From Scenedesmus sp. PABB004 (lineage: Eukaryota): a stretch of 64,000 nucleotides of DNA. The stretch's first letter is position 1. Every line of letters starts with the position of its first letter. Location of the stretch: contig JABVCE010000013.1 in NCBI GenBank assembly GCA_014905635.1, forward strand, positions 558,001 to 622,000, given 5' to 3'. Below the pieces are notes generated by a model that saw only the letters and a list, made by a program, of their open reading frames with translations, was not told the DNA's origin and searched no databases. Shown here piece by piece: positions 1 through 13,009 of the stretch. A program made the position numbers and the translations under genes.

Positions 1-3000
1 GCTGCTGCCGCCGCCGGCGACCCGAGCGCGGGCGCGCACTCAGCGCCGGCCGCGTCGTCAGCGGCTCCGCCCGCCTGGCTGCTGCGCGCGCTGCTGGCGC
101 CCCCGCCGCTGGCGCTGCTGTAGCGCGAGCTGCCCAGCCGCACCACGGCGTCGTCAGAGTTGGCGCGCTGCAGCGTCGACGCGGGCGGCGCTGAGTGGCG
201 TCCCAGCCCCACGGCCGGCCCGCCGTCCGCCGGCGGGCCCGGGCTCGCGGGGGTGCCACTGTCGCCGCCGCCGCCACCACCGTCGTTGCTGACACCACCG
301 CCCGCGGCGGCGGCGCTCGCCGGCGCAGCCACCGCCGGCACGACGGTGCCGCCGCCGCCGCCGCCGCCGCCAAGCGCCTGCCGCATGCCCGCGCGCTGGC
401 TGTCGGTGAGCACCATGGACGCCGTCATCGAGGCCGGCCCGTCCTCGGGTATGGAGGGGCCCATCGCCAGCAGGCCGCCGCTGCCGCCGCCGGGCGCATG
501 GGTGTCAGGCTCGAGCGCGCTGCGCGGCGCCGGCGCCGGCTCGGGCAGCGCCAGCTCGGCGGCGCCGCCCGACCCCGCGCGCCGCAGGCCGCCCGGCGCC
601 GGCGCCGCCGCGGGGCCCGGCGACACGAACGCCAGCGCCGAGGCGGGGCGCGGCGGCGGCGCGGCGGCGCCGAGGCCGTCGCCCGGCGCGCCCTCCAGCC
701 CCGCGCCGCCGTCGCGGCTGCCCTGGCGCGCGTGGCGGGCGCCGAAGAGAGTGCTCAGCCCGCCCTTGGCGCTGGTCGTGAAGGCCGACAGCGAGCCGAG
801 CGAGCTGAAGCGCCGGTGCAGCGACTTGTGCGGCGGCGCGCCGGCGCCCACCGGGCCGGCCGAGCCGGGCGGCCTGGGCGAGAGCAGGTCGCGCGCGCCG
901 CCGCCGCCCGCGCCGCCGCCGAAGCAGCCCACCGCGTTGGTCGGCGGGGAGGCGGCGTACAAGCCCAGGTCTGCGAGGCCGGGTCGGCGCGCGCGGCAGG
1001 GTCGGCACGCGCAGGCGCGGCGCGCGGCGCAGACCGCGACCACGCCGCCCTCACGGCTGCGCCCACGCACCTGTCCAGGCGCCGGTGAGGACGCTGTCGC
1101 CGTCCGAGTCGCCTGCGGCGCGCGTCGAGCCCGGCGACACGCCCTGCAGCCCCGGGTCCTCCCCGGGCCGCGGGCTGGGCGGCGGCGCGGCGCCGCCGCC
1201 GGCGCGCGCCGCCGAGCGCGAGCTGTCGGCGGCGCTGGCGGCGTCGCCAAGCGCGTCCGGCTCCGAGCCGGGGCTGCCACTCCTGCCCTCGGCGTCCACC
1301 TGCTGCTTGGCCGCCAGGCGCGCGAGCTTCTTCTGCTCCCGCGCCTCGCGCTGCGCCTCCTGCTGCTGCCGCCGGCGCTCCTTGTGGCTCAGCCGGGCCT
1401 TGCTGCCCTGCCCCGCGCCGCCGCCGCGCTCGCTCGCCTCGCCCGCGGCGCCCGCGCCCGCGCCGGCGGCGGGCTCGTCCGCCGCCTGTGCGACGCCCTT
1501 CTTCTTGGCGCCGCCGCCGGAGCGGCTGGCCAGGCGCGAAAGCAGCGAGCCCTGCGCGCGCGCAGCCGCCGCGGCGGCGGCGGCGGCGGCGTGGGGCCCG
1601 ACGTGGCGCCACGCGCGCTGCGGCCGCCGCGCCGGGGCGCCCTGCCCCGCCGCCGTGCCCCGCGCCTGCCGCCCGGGCCCCGGCGCGGCGCACCTTGCGC
1701 GCGAGGCCCGCCTCGCCCTCCACCGGCAGGGGGATGGGCAGGCTGAGGTCCAGGAACGGCTCGTAGCTCACGCTGGCGTGCCCGCAGCCTGTGCAGGCGA
1801 TGGTCGACACCAGGACGCCGCCAAACACGGCGTCCACGCCCGTCGCGCCCGCCGACGCAGGCGGCTCCGGCGGCAGCAGCGACCTGCGCAGCAGAGGGAG
1901 GCTGCTCGCCGCCGGCCGGCCCGCCTGCGCGGGCTGCTGCAGCGGATCGCCGCACGCCGCACAGGCGCTGCTGTCTCTGCCGCTGGCACTGCTGCTGCTG
2001 CTGCTGCTGCCGCTGCCGCTGCTGCTGCCGCTGCACCGCGCCAGGCCGTTGGCAAGGCGCTGGCCGCCGCCGTTGGCCAGGCCTGCCGCGTGGCTGCCGC
2101 GCTCGCCACCGCTGCTGCTGCTGCTCTCGCTGCTGCTGCTGCTCTCACTGCTGCTGCTGCTCCTGCCTGCCTCCTGCCGCACGCCAATGCCGACCCCTGC
2201 TGTGCCGCTGTCGTTGCCGCCGCCATCGCTGCTGCTGGTGCCGTCCGCGCCAGGCGACAGGTCGCCCTGAGAGGCGTCTGCTGCCAGGGCCTCGCGCAGC
2301 GCCGCAAAGCTATGGCTGCATGCCTGCCGGCTCGTCGACGCGCCGCTGCTGTCGCTGCTGCGGCCGCTGCTCCTGCTGCTGCCGGCATCGCCATCGGGCG
2401 GCGCGCCTGTCGTGGCCAGCGCCGCCTGCTCTGCGCCGCCGTCGCCGGCGTCGGTGCCGCCTGACGCAGAGCCGGCCTCGCTGCCGCTGCCGCCGCTGCT
2501 GCTGCTGGTGCTGCCGGCGTTGCCGTTGGCAAGGCCGTTGGGCGGCTTCTGCCCGCCGGGCCCGCCGCCGCTGCCGCGCTTGGCCAGGTCCTTGTAGCGC
2601 TGCTCCTGCGTCTGCGCGGCGCGGCGTGGCGCGAGCAGGGGTCGACCAGCCCGCGCGGCGCGGCGGGGCGTGGCGGGGCGCGGCGGCTTGCACGGTGCGG
2701 CGCCACGCACCTGCAGGCCGTCCAGCAGCATGCGCATGAGCTCGTGGCTGTCGTGCTGCTGCTTGCCCTTGAAGGCCGGCGCGTGCACGCACACGGCCGA
2801 CAGCAGCGACTGCGGGTTGTACGTAGCGCTGCCCCGCCCGCCGCCGCCGCCGCCGCCTGCGCCGCAGGGCGCGCGGGGCCGCACGGGCGGTGGCACGCGC
2901 GGGCCGTCGGCGCGCGGGCCGTCGGCTGGCCGCGCACGGCGCGCCCCAGCCCCGCCCCGAGCAACCGCGGCGCCGCGCGCACCGCTCGCAAACTTGGCGG

Positions 3001-3505
3001 CCTGCTGCAGCGCGTAGCCGAGCGGGCCCTTGGTGATGTCGTGCTGCGGCTGCAGCAGCACCTCCTGCAGCGGCGCGCACGCGAGCAGGAGCTGCAGGCT
3101 GCTGTTGAAGAAGCACGTGTTGCCCAGGTTGCTCAGCCCCACCACGCCGCCGCTGCTCGCGGTCCGCGCGCCGCCGCCGCGTCGCTGCCGTCGCCGCCTG
3201 GCTGCTGCTCGCAGGACGGGCCCTGCGGGGCGGCAGCGCGCGCACGCGCGCTGTCACACCAGCAGCGCGCGCGCGCGCGGCGACGGTGCTCCGGCCAGCA
3301 CGAGGGGCGGCCCGCGGCAGCAGCGGCGGCCCTGCCGCCGGCCAGCTTGGCGGCAGCGGCGGCGCGCGAGGTCTCGGCGCCCGCTCACCGGGATCGCGCC
3401 GGCGTTGGCGCCCTGGACCTTGGCGCCAGAGGCCAGCCTGGCCGCGTGCTTGAGGTACGCGCCCTTCTTGGGGCCCGCCTTGGAGCCCTTCTTGCCGCTC
3501 GCCAT
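1..3505 (-). CDS. Ubiquitin carboxyl-terminal hydrolase (USP/C19 family, USP16/45-like); 5' part only, gene continues beyond the left edge; spliced
   Basis: Cys box GLSNLGNTCFFNSSLQ, FKGKQQHDSHELMRMLLDGL, and VFGGVLVSTIACTGCGHASVSYEPFLDLSLPIP. Likely ATG at 3505 (MASGKKGSK). His box not within the window. Confidence 0.92.
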
Positions 3506-3918
3506 GCTGCCACGGCGCCCTGCGCTCGCCTGGCGCGATGCGGAGCCGGGGTGGGCGCGACGGGCCGGAGCGCGGCGGGCGGAGCGCGGTGGGTTGGTGG
3601 GCATCGCACAGGTGCGTTGTAGCCGCGACGACGCGCGGCGGCCGCCACGCGCACGCCCTGCCTGGAACCCACCTCCGCGCAGCTCTCAACACCTAGCGCG
3701 AGCCGCCAGGGGCCCCATCTGTCGTGCTGCTGCTGCTGCTGCGCGGTCGCCGCCGCGCTGTCCTGTCGCCCACGCGGCGGCTGCTGCGGCTCCCGGTGTA
3801 CAGCCGCCCGGCTCTGCCGCCCCGCTAGCACCGGCGGCGGACCCTCGGGGCTGGGGCTCAGGGCTGGCCGAACCACGCCACGCGCGCCCGCCGCCACGCC
3901 ACGCGCGCCGGCGCGGGG

Positions 3919-4523
3919 GGCTCGCCAAACCCCTTTGGTCAACCTGCCCGGCTGCTGCCCAGCTTACGTGTGCGTGACTGAGAGCGCGCGCGGCGCAAGC
4001 ATCCACGCACCTCTGTTGCATCGGGTGGAGGGGCTCTGTCGGCGCGCGACGGCAACCGGGCACGCAGGCACCAACGGACGCTAGCCCGGAAATGGTGCAG
4101 CAGCAGCAGCAGCACGCCTGGCGGCAGCGAGCGTCCGCACTCTCACCGGCCAGCCTCGGAGCCGGCCGCCGCCCGTCACGCCGCGCTGCGCGCCGCCGCC
4201 AGCACCGGCGGCTGCGCTAGAGCTCGCCGGCCGGGCCAGGCGCGCCGCGCGGCCTCCACAACCGCCCCAAGCGCGGCCGGCGGGCGGCCCGCCACGCAGC
4301 CAGCGAGTGAGCGGCGCTTGCCCGAGTCGCCCGGTGACTCCCGCCGCCCAGGCGCGCGCGGCCGCGCCGCGCGCGCGCACGGCTGCCAGGGCGCGCGAGC
4401 GCGCGCTGCACCCGCGCTGGTTGGCCCCCGGCGCGTTGCAAATCCAGGGGAGCCTGTTACATGGTCCTCGCTTTTCGCCCGCCGCGCCGCTGCCAAAGGC
4501 CCCGCGCCCCCGGCGCCGCCCCG
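3919..4523 (+). repeat. Copy 1 of a ~600-bp near-identical direct repeat
   Basis: GGCTCGCCAAACCCCTTTGGTCAA...GGCGCCGCCCCGT matches 7622-8232 with a few substitutions and small indels. Confidence 0.95.
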
Positions 4524-4581
4524 TTTCCAGTCCCCGCGACCTTAGGCAAGTGATCACCCTCGCGCAGCAGCAGGAGGCGCC

Positions 4582-5240
4582 ATGATCTGCGTCGTGGGCT
4601 TCGACGGCCAGGCGCGGCCCGCGCCGGGCGCCAAGCACCACCGCAACGTGCGGCGGCAGCGGTCGCTGCTCTCCGAGTCGCTGCGCAGCAGCCCCACGGC
4701 GCTGCAGGGGCGCGGCTGGAGTCGCGCCAGCCTGGACAGCGCCGGCAGCGACGGCTGGAGCGACGCGGGCGACGACTGCGAGCTCGGCGGCCCCAGTAGC
4801 GTCGGCAGCAGCGGCCCGGAGGACCCCGAGGGCGTGCCCATCAACTACTCCCTGTGAGCCCGGGCGGCGCCGGGCGGGCGTATTGGGCGCGCGCGGGGCG
4901 GCGAGGGCCCACCCCAACCCCCCACCGCGCGGGTCGACGCCGCGCCGGCCCGCGGCGGGGCCCCTGGGCGGCGCTTACGCGGGGACTTCGGCGCCCCTCC
5001 CATCGTGCGCCCGTTGCCGCGGCGCCGCGGGCCCGCACGCCCCGGCGACGCGTCCGGCGCGCTGCCTCACGCCCCCCGCGCTCCCCGCGCGCCCCGCGCT
5101 GCCGCGCGCGCAGCGCGGCCAAGGCGCGCATCGACGCGGCCGAGCAGAAGGGCCGCGCGCGCGACGAGCAGCTGGAGATGATCCACGCCGTGCGGCAGTA
5201 CATGGCGCAGGCCAAGCAGGCCGCCGCGCGCGCCATGTGA
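4582..5240 (+). CDS. Hypothetical ~133-aa protein, 2 exons (4582-4853, 5114-5240), helical/coiled-coil-like C-terminus
   Basis: The GTGAGC...CAG intron joins in frame (PINYSL-AAKARIDAAEQKGRARDEQLEMIHAVRQYMAQAKQAAARAM*), with strong GC3 bias. It could extend further if AT|GTGAGC near 5238 is a donor. Confidence 0.6.
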
Positions 5241-5828
5241 GCGCCGCGCCGGCCGGCAGCGGCGCGCCGCGCGCGCCGCGCCCTGCAGGCGCAGGGCCGC
5301 GAGCGCGCGCGCGGCCGCGCCGCGCCGCCGGGCGGGCGGGCGGGCGCGTCGCTGGCGGCGGGGGCGCGCGCGCGAATGTGCGCGCGCCCCTCCCCGGCGG
5401 CGCGGGCGCGCCGGCGCTCGCGCGCGCAGCGGGCGGCGAGCCCTTGCACGCCGCCGCCCCGGAGCATTTCCGGGCGGCGCATTGGACTCCAGGGGCCCCA
5501 GGACCTGCTGCGCAGCGAGCACGAATACGTTCTTTGTACAACCATCTCTCTGTACGACGCCGCAATCAAAAGCCGCCCCATTCTCGGCTCTACACACACT
5601 TGGCGGCCGGACGGGCGGCGGCGGCGCGGGCGCTGCCCAGCAGGGGCGCGCACGCGGCCGCCGCCCCAGGCGCCGGCGCAGCAGCAGCGGCGGCCGCGCG
5701 GGGGCGGGCGGGCGCGCAATTGCGCGCCCGGCCCCCGCAGCGGCAGCCGCGCGCGCCCGGCGCCAGGCGTCCCGACGCGCCCCCCGGCCGCGCCGCTGGG
5801 CCGCGCCGCTGCACTGCGCAGCGGCCGC

Positions 5829-5862
<34 letters not shown>

Positions 5863-7621
5863 AACCAAGGGGCGCACGCGCGCGGCGGGCCCCGGCAGGG
5901 ACCTGCGCGCGCGCGGGCCGCCCCACAATGCACCACCATAACCAACCGCGTGACGCGCGAGCGGCGGGCTCGCCGCTCGCGTCGAATCAAAGAGGTGACC
6001 GCGCGGCGCGCGCGCGGGGCCTGCCTGGCGCCCGCGCGCGCGCCCGCGCGCCCACGTGCGCGCCGGCCCCGCGCCGGCGCGCGCCTGCAGGGGGCGGGCG
6101 CGCCCCCTGCTTGGCTGCAATCTGTCGTTGTGCGCGCCGGCCGCTGCCCACGTGCGGTGCTGCGCGCGCCGGTCGGCCACGACGCACACACGTCAGCTCG
6201 CACACACACGCACCAACCCACGACCGCCCCCACGGCCCCGACCCGGGCGTGATTTCTGCCCGCGCCGTGCGCGCTGCGTCTGTGACGCTGTGATGATGCT
6301 GCTGTTCAGTGCGTGGCACCGTCCCCACCTGGTATGTATGCGCGCCGGCGCTCGCCGTCGGCGCGCGTTCGGGCTGCGGCCGCTCCGGCCGCGCCCGGTT
6401 GCCAGCATGGCTTGGGGCACGGCACGTGCGCGTCTCGCGCGCCATGCGTGCGGTGCACATCTCTTTTGCCTCGCGCGGCCGCAGCGCGCGGGGGTCACAT
6501 GGCCGCGCCGCCGCCGCCGCGCGCGCGCCCTCGGGCGCGGGCCGGCGGCGGCGCCGGCCAGGCCCGCATTTGGTCAGTTTCCGCGCCGCCAGCCAGCCGG
6601 CGGCGGTTTGCGCGGGGCGGGCGCGACGCTAGCCTGCGACCGGCGCGCGCTCTGCCGTCCGGCGGCGCTGCCCGGGTCTCGCGCGCTCTCTCTCTTTCGT
6701 TGGGGCACATGTATTGTGTGCGGGATGCCTGCGGGTCGGGGGTGCGTGTTGTTGACAATCCAATTGCGGGGATCGGCAGGGAGCGAGCAGCTGTGTTGAT
6801 GTACATGTAGGCGACGATGCGATGGATGCGCGCGGCGGCGATGATGCTGACGCTGACGGCAGAGCGCGTGCGGGAGCTTGGACAACACCAAACCACACAC
6901 ACACACACACACCACCACCACACACACACACCACCACGACGAGCGCTCGTCCTGGCCGCCTGCGTGCGTGCGTGAGGGAGGGTTTTTTCTCTCTGGGGGT
7001 CGATGCTGCGCGCGCTGCTCTGGGGTGGGTGGGTAGGTCTGCCGCGGCGACGATGACGCGCGTGGGACTGTGCGCCGGCCGCCCGCCCGTGTGCCTGCGC
7101 GGCGGTGGGCCGGCCGGCGCGGCATCCCTTCGCACTCCCCCAAACCCCTTCCGCCACCAGCTCGCCAGGCGCCCAGCCCGCCTGGCGGCGCGCCGCCCGC
7201 GAGCGAGCGAGTGTGTTGTTGGGTGGGGGAGCGAGGCGCGTGTGGGACCCGCCGCCTGCGAATTGTTTTCACCGCTAAGGAGGCGGCCAGCTCTGCAGGG
7301 CTGGGGGCCTGGGCGGGCGCGCCGCCGCCCGCACCTGCTGCGGGGTGGGCGCGCGCCCGACGACGTTGCTGGTCGCTTGCACAGGGCGGGGTCTTGAGCT
7401 TTGTTTGCGCGCCCTACCGCGCTCCCTAGCGAGTTGCTTGCCTGCCCACAGGCCGCCCGCCGCTCGCGGTGCGTGCCTCTGCAGCTCCTAGACAGGGCGC
7501 GCTCACATGCGTGTGTGGCGCCCATGCTTGCGTGCCGCCGCCTGTCGGCGGCGGCGGGATGGTGGTCTCTGTGTGCGTCCGCGATGCCTCCCCGCCACGC
7601 CACGCCACGCCACGCGCGGGC

Positions 7622-8232
7622 GGCTCGCCAAACCCCTTTGGTCAAACTGCCCGGCTGCTGCTGCTGCCCAGCTTACGTGTGCGTGACTGAGAGCGCGCGC
7701 GGCGCAAGCATCCACGCACCTCTGTTGCATCGGGTGGAGGGGCTCTGTCGGCGCGCGACGGCAACCGGGCACGCAGGCACCAACGGACGCTAGCCCGGAA
7801 ATGGTGCAGCAGCAGCAGCAGCACGCCTGGCGGCAGCGAGCGTCCGCACTCTCACCGGCCAGCCTCGGAGCCGGCCGCCGCCCGTCACGCCGCGCTGCGC
7901 GCCGCCGCCAGCACCGGCGGCTGCGCTAGAGCTCGCCGGCCGGGCCAGGCGCGCCGCGCGGCCTCCACAACCGCCCCAAGCGCGGCCGGCGGGCGGCCCG
8001 CCACGCAGCCAGCGAGTGAGCGGCGCTGGCCCGAGTCGCCCGGTGACTCCCGCCGCCCAGGCGCGCGCGGCCGCGCCGCGCGCGCGCACGGCTGCCAGGG
8101 CGCGCGAGCGCGCGCTGCACCCGCGCTGGTTGGCCCCCGGCGCGTTGCAAATCCAGGGGAGCCTGTTACATGGTCCTCGCTTTTCGCCCGCCGCGCCGCT
8201 GCCAAAGGCCCCGCGCCCCGGCGCCGCCCCGT
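7622..8232 (+). repeat. Copy 2 of the ~600-bp direct repeat
   Basis: Matches 3919-4523. Confidence 0.95.
8166..8170 (-). terminator. Putative chlorophyte poly(A) signal TGTAA for the 8277-9070 gene
   Basis: TTACA on the + strand, ~107 nt downstream of the stop. It is duplicated at 4457-4461 in repeat copy 1. Confidence 0.5.
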
Positions 8233-8276
8233 GCTCCGAGACGCACGCTTGGGTCGAGAGCTGGGCCGGCCGCGCG

Positions 8277-9070
8277 TTACACGCCGCCCTGTCCGCCGCC
8301 GCCGTCGTCGCCGGAGCCAAAGCGCTGCAGCCGTTCCGCGTCGGCGTCGGTCGTGCAGCACACGTCCACGCCGCTGCGCATCATGAGCATCTCGACCACC
8401 TTGTTGCTCACCTCTGCGGCGGGCGCGCGCGCGCGCGGCGGCGCCGCGCGGGCGTGGGGCGGCCGCCAGGCGGCCGGCGCGCGAGCTGCCCGGGCAGCTG
8501 CCCAGCGCACCAAAGGCGTTGACAAAGGTGTCCCGATAGTTGAACGCCAGCAGCTCGTTGGCGAGGCCGAGCACGAGCGAGCTCATGTCGTCGTCGCCCG
8601 CGCGCCGGCGCGCGACGTACGCGTCCCCCGCCGCGCGCCCCAGGTCTGCGTGCACCTCCTGCGGCAGCCACTCGTCGTCCAGCCACGACGTGACCATCGC
8701 AGCGATCCCTGCGCGCGCCCCCGGCCGCGGCGCGCGTGAGCGGCCGCCGCGCGCGGCCGCCGCTTGCTGCTGCTGGCGCTGCCGGGACGTGAGACCACTG
8801 CCCGCAAGCACGCCCGCCAGGCCCGCACGCACAGTGCCGGTCGCTGTCCAGGTCGCCCGCCGGCGCCGGCACGTCGGCGATCAGCTCGACGTCGGGCGCT
8901 GGCTGCCGCTGCACCGCGCTCAGAGCGCTGCTCCGCTGCTGCTGTCGCGCTGGCACGGACGAAGCTGCGCGGCGCCCGGGCGCCACGGGCGCCGCAGGCC
9001 TCACGAGCGCCGCGGCGGCACGCCGCTGCCACGCGCACGCGCCGCCGCGCGGCGCGGCCAATTGCGCCAT
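8277..9070 (-). CDS. Conserved hypothetical plastid-targeted protein (resembles a plant/cyanobacterial family); spliced
   Basis: Transit-peptide-like N-terminus, then WLDDEWLPQEVHADLG...GDDDMSSLVLGLANELLAFNYRDTFVNAF-EVSNKVVEMLM. Confidence 0.75.
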
Positions 9071-9299
9071 CGCCGCGCTGCACCCGGAGCTGTACAAGCG
9101 CTGCGCGTTTCAGGAGCGCGACGGGCAGGGCGCTGGAGCGTGCGGGTCGTCGCGGCGGGCAGCGGAGCAGCAGCGCTGCCGTGCGTGCGTGTGCGTGGCG
9201 GCGGGAGCTGCGGCGGCGCTGGGCTGTGTCCGGGCTGCGGCCCTGGACCCATGGTCGCTGAGCCCCGCCGCGCTGTGCCCTGTAACACCGGAAGCCCCG

Positions 9300-12170
9300 T
9301 CACGCCGCGGCGCGCGTGTGCGCGGCGGCGCCGAGCATGTGCAGCGCCAGGCCCTGCACCACCGCCTCCTGCGCCACCACGCCCTGCTCCAGCAGCGCGC
9401 TCAGCACGTCGCCGTCGGTGACCTCCGCCGCCGCGACCGGCGCCACGGCCGCGCGCGCCGCCTCCACGGCGCCCTCCACGTCCACGTCGGGCTCCTCGTA
9501 CGGCGGCTCAGCCTCGCCGTTGGCCTGAGCGCGCGGGCGCGGGGGCGGCCGGTGCGCGGCGTCGCGGCCGGGCGGGCCGCCTGCGGCCGTGCCGCGCTGG
9601 GGCCCGCGCCAGCGCGCGGCGCCGCACAGCCGCGCCCCGCGCGCACCCGCGCCTCCGCGACCGCCGCCTCGTGCGCCGCCGCCGCCGCGAGCTGCGCCTC
9701 CAGCTCCGCGCGCCGTGCCTCGCCCGCGGCGGCGCGCGCCGCCTCGAGCGCCGCCTCGGCGTCGCCGCCGGCCTTGGCGCCCAGCTCCGCGCGCACCGCG
9801 TCGATCTGCTCCTGCCGCGCAACCTGCGTGGGCACGGCCGCGGCGGCCCAAGGCCTGAGCGAGCTGCGAGGCCAGGGCCCCGGCGGCGCAGCCGGCGCGC
9901 GGCGCGGCGGGCTGCGCAGGCCGCGCCCCGCGGCGCACCGGCGGCTGCAGGTGGTTGAGAATGAAGGTCGCCTTGGCCCGCAGGTCGGCGAGCTCGGCCG
10001 CGCTGGCCGCCGCGGCCGCCTCGGCCTCCTGCGCGGCGCGGGCCGGGCGTGCGCCGCCGGCCGTGGGCGGCGGCGCCCGGCCACGCGCGCAGCCACGGCG
10101 CCCCCACCGCCACCCGTGCACCTTGGCTGCGTACGCCTCGACCGCCGCCGCCTGCGCCGCGGCGAGCTCGAGCGCGCCCGCCGCGGCGCTGGCCCGGAGC
10201 GCCACCGCGTCGGCCACGAGCGCCGCGACGACGTGCCGCGCCAGCAGCCCGCGCTCGATGTGGGCGACTGCCTGCTGCATGAGCCAGGGCATGAACTCCG
10301 CCTCGACCTGGGCGGCCGGAGCGGCCGGGCGGCCGGGCGCCCGCGTCAGCGGGCGCTGACGCGGGCGCCCGCGTCGCGGCAGGCCGGCGGCGGCCCGCGC
10401 GCCACCCCAGCGGCGGCAGGCCGGGCGGCGCGCGCGTGCGCGCGACGCCCCTCTGCCGGCGGCGGCCCCGCGCGCGCGGCCGGGCGGCGCGCCTCGCACC
10501 TCGCGCTGCGTGGGGTCATAGAAGAAGCCGCTGTCGGCGAGCCGGCCAAACACGGTGCCCACCATGCCGCTCAGGTAGCGCCGCGCAAACGCGGACGCCG
10601 CGACCTTGGCGCGCACGACGCGCTCGCGCTCCTTGCGCTCGCGCTCCTGCGGCGCCGCGCCGGCGCCGGCGGCGGCGTCGGCCGCGCCCCAGAGCCGCAG
10701 GGCGGCGCGGCGGCGCGGCGGGCCGCGCGCGCACCTGCTTGACGCGACGCTCCTTCTCCTCCACCTTGCGCCGCTCCGCCGCCTCCAGGCGCTGCGCCGC
10801 GACCAGCTCCGCGGACCTGCGCCGGCGCGGGGGCGGCGCGGGGCTCGGGCGCGCGCGCCGCCGCGGCCGTCCCCGCGCCGCCCGCCCACACGCCCGCGCC
10901 CGCGTGCCTGATGGCCTCGTAGTGCGCCTGGTGCGCCGCGAGCGCCGCGAGCTCCTCCTCCTCCATCACCTCCATCAGCGCCTGGACGCGGCACGGCCGC
11001 CACGGCAGCGTCACGTCAGCCCCAGCGCCCGCGCAGGCCGGCCGACCGCGCGCGCGCCGCGGGCGCGCCGCGGGCGCGCTGCGGGCCGCCGCACCTGCTC
11101 CAGCACCTTGCCGACCAGCACCTCCAGCAGCGGCTCGACCTCGGCGTCAAAGTCAAACAGCTCGCCTGGGGCGGTGGCCAGCGGGGCGTGCGGCGCGCGG
11201 GCGCGGCGCGGCGCGGCGCGGCGCGTCGGGCCACGCAGGCGCGGGCGCCCCTCCGCGGCCGCGTGGCGGCGCCCGCGTGGCCGGCGGTGGCCGCGCGCGC
11301 GCGCGTGCGCGCGCGCGCACCCGTCTCGATCTGTGTCGCCGCCTCGACGCCGTCGGGCGGCGGCACGAGCGTGGGCGTGGGCGGGCGGTCGAGGAAGGCG
11401 TCCGTCTGCGTGTGGCTGTCCGCCTCGGGCACCACGTCGGTCAGCTCCTCAAGGTACGTGTCCGTCTGCCGGGGGCGGGCCGGGGCCCGGCGGCGCGTGA
11501 GCGAGTGACGGGAGCGGCGGCGGCGCGCGAGGCGCGCGCCGAGCCGGGGAGGGCGGCGTGCAGCTGCGCCCACCCACCTGCACGTCCATGTGGCGCCGCC
11601 CGTCGACCGGCTCGGGCGTCGAGATGGCGCGCGCGCGGCCCGGCGCCCGCCGCCTGCGAGAGAGCGGCGCGGCGGGGGCGATGGGACCCCGCGCACAGCC
11701 AGCGCGGCGCGCGGCCAGCGCGCGGCGCCGCTCACGTGGCACTGGCGCTCGCGCTGCCGGCCTGCTTCGCGGTGAGGCGCAGCACCGGCTCCGCGGGCAG
11801 CACGCGCGACGCGTAGGTGTTGCCGCGCACGACGCGGCGGTCAAACATAATGTTGGGCGGCGCCGGCTCATCCTCGCGTTGCTGGCGCGCGGGCGGGCGG
11901 GCGGCGCGCACGTGCGCGCGGGTCGGAGCTGCGCCGCGCGGCCGGCCGCCGGCGGCACGCTGCCGCGCGCCGCCGGCGGGCGCGGGGCAGGCTGGGGCCG
12001 CCAGCGGGCGGCGCCGGGCTGCCGCGGCGACCCGTGCCCAGCCTCGCGTCGAGCGCTGCTGCTCTCCGCCGCGCGCGCGACCGCCGCCGCACCTTGGCGC
12101 GCCGCTGCTGCAGGGGCTTGGGCTCCGCAGCGTGACTGTAGAGCTGCTGCGTCTGCGTGTTCGGCGGCAT
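9300..12170 (-). CDS. RSP3: Flagellar radial spoke protein 3; spliced
   Basis: NIMFDRRVVRGNTYA, STPEPVDGRRHMDVQTDTYLEELTD, TQTDAFLDRPPTP, ELFDFDAEVEPLLEVLVGKVLEQALMEVMEEEEL, GFFYDP. Confidence 0.95.
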
Positions 12171-12616
12171 CGCACCGGCCGCGCCCGCGCCGCGCGCCGC
12201 TGCGTTCGGGTCAGCGGCAGTGCTGCTCTCCCTCCCTCTCACGCCATGCGGGCAGAACAGGCGCCCGCGAACGTTGCGGGCTCTCTGGCGCGGGCGTCCG
12301 GCGCGTTTGGCGTGCCGGGCGCGAGGGCTGACCGCAGCCGCTGCTGCGCGCCGAGCGGCGGCGCCGCCTGCTCGAGCGAGGGACTCGCGCGGCGAGGTGC
12401 TGCGAGGAACGCTGCTGTGGGTGTGGGTCGAGTCCGCCCAGCACGGGGCCGGCCACGCGTGTTGCGTGCACCGCGCCGCCCCGTGCCGCTACGCCCTGCG
12501 CCGCCACGCCCCGCGCCCCCTGCCGCCACGCGCGGCCAACTCCCCCAGGAGCGCCCCGGCAAGCTGGCGCGGGCGCGCGCCCGTGCCGCGCCGCCGCGCC
12601 GCCGCGGCGTCGCGTC

Positions 12617-12970
12617 TCACGCGGCGTCGCGCGCGTCGAGCGTGCAGTGGTCGACGATGGCCTCGCGGCAGATGGGGCACTCGCGGCTGTCCGCGAGGAT
12701 GTCGGCGCAGCAGCGCCGGCAGAGCACCATGTGCCCGCACGGCACGAGCACCTCGTCGCGCTCGCGCTCCATGCACACCACGCACAGCCGCTCGTCGTCG
12801 TGCTCCTCGCCGTCCATGCCCAGCTGCTGCATCGCCTCTGCAAGCTGCTCGTGCACCGACTTGCGCGGCGCGGCCGCCGGTGCCGCCGCCGCCTGGCGCG
12901 GCGCGGGCGCCGCCGGCGCGCCGCCTGCGCGGCGCCGGCGCGGCGCCCGTGAGCACGCGCGCGGGCCCCG

Positions 12971-13009
<39 letters not shown>

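Noticed and set aside
4854..4857. In-frame TGA as selenocysteine or readthrough
   Set aside because: The TGA is part of a GTGAGC splice donor, and splicing restores the frame.
5241..7621. snoRNA or other ncRNA in the lower-GC tract with TGATGA motifs and CA microsatellites
   Set aside because: No convincing C/D box pairing or terminal stem; consistent with UTR or intergenic sequence.
3919..8232. LTR retrotransposon
   Set aside because: No TG...CA termini, PBS/PPT, TSD or gag/pol homology seen.
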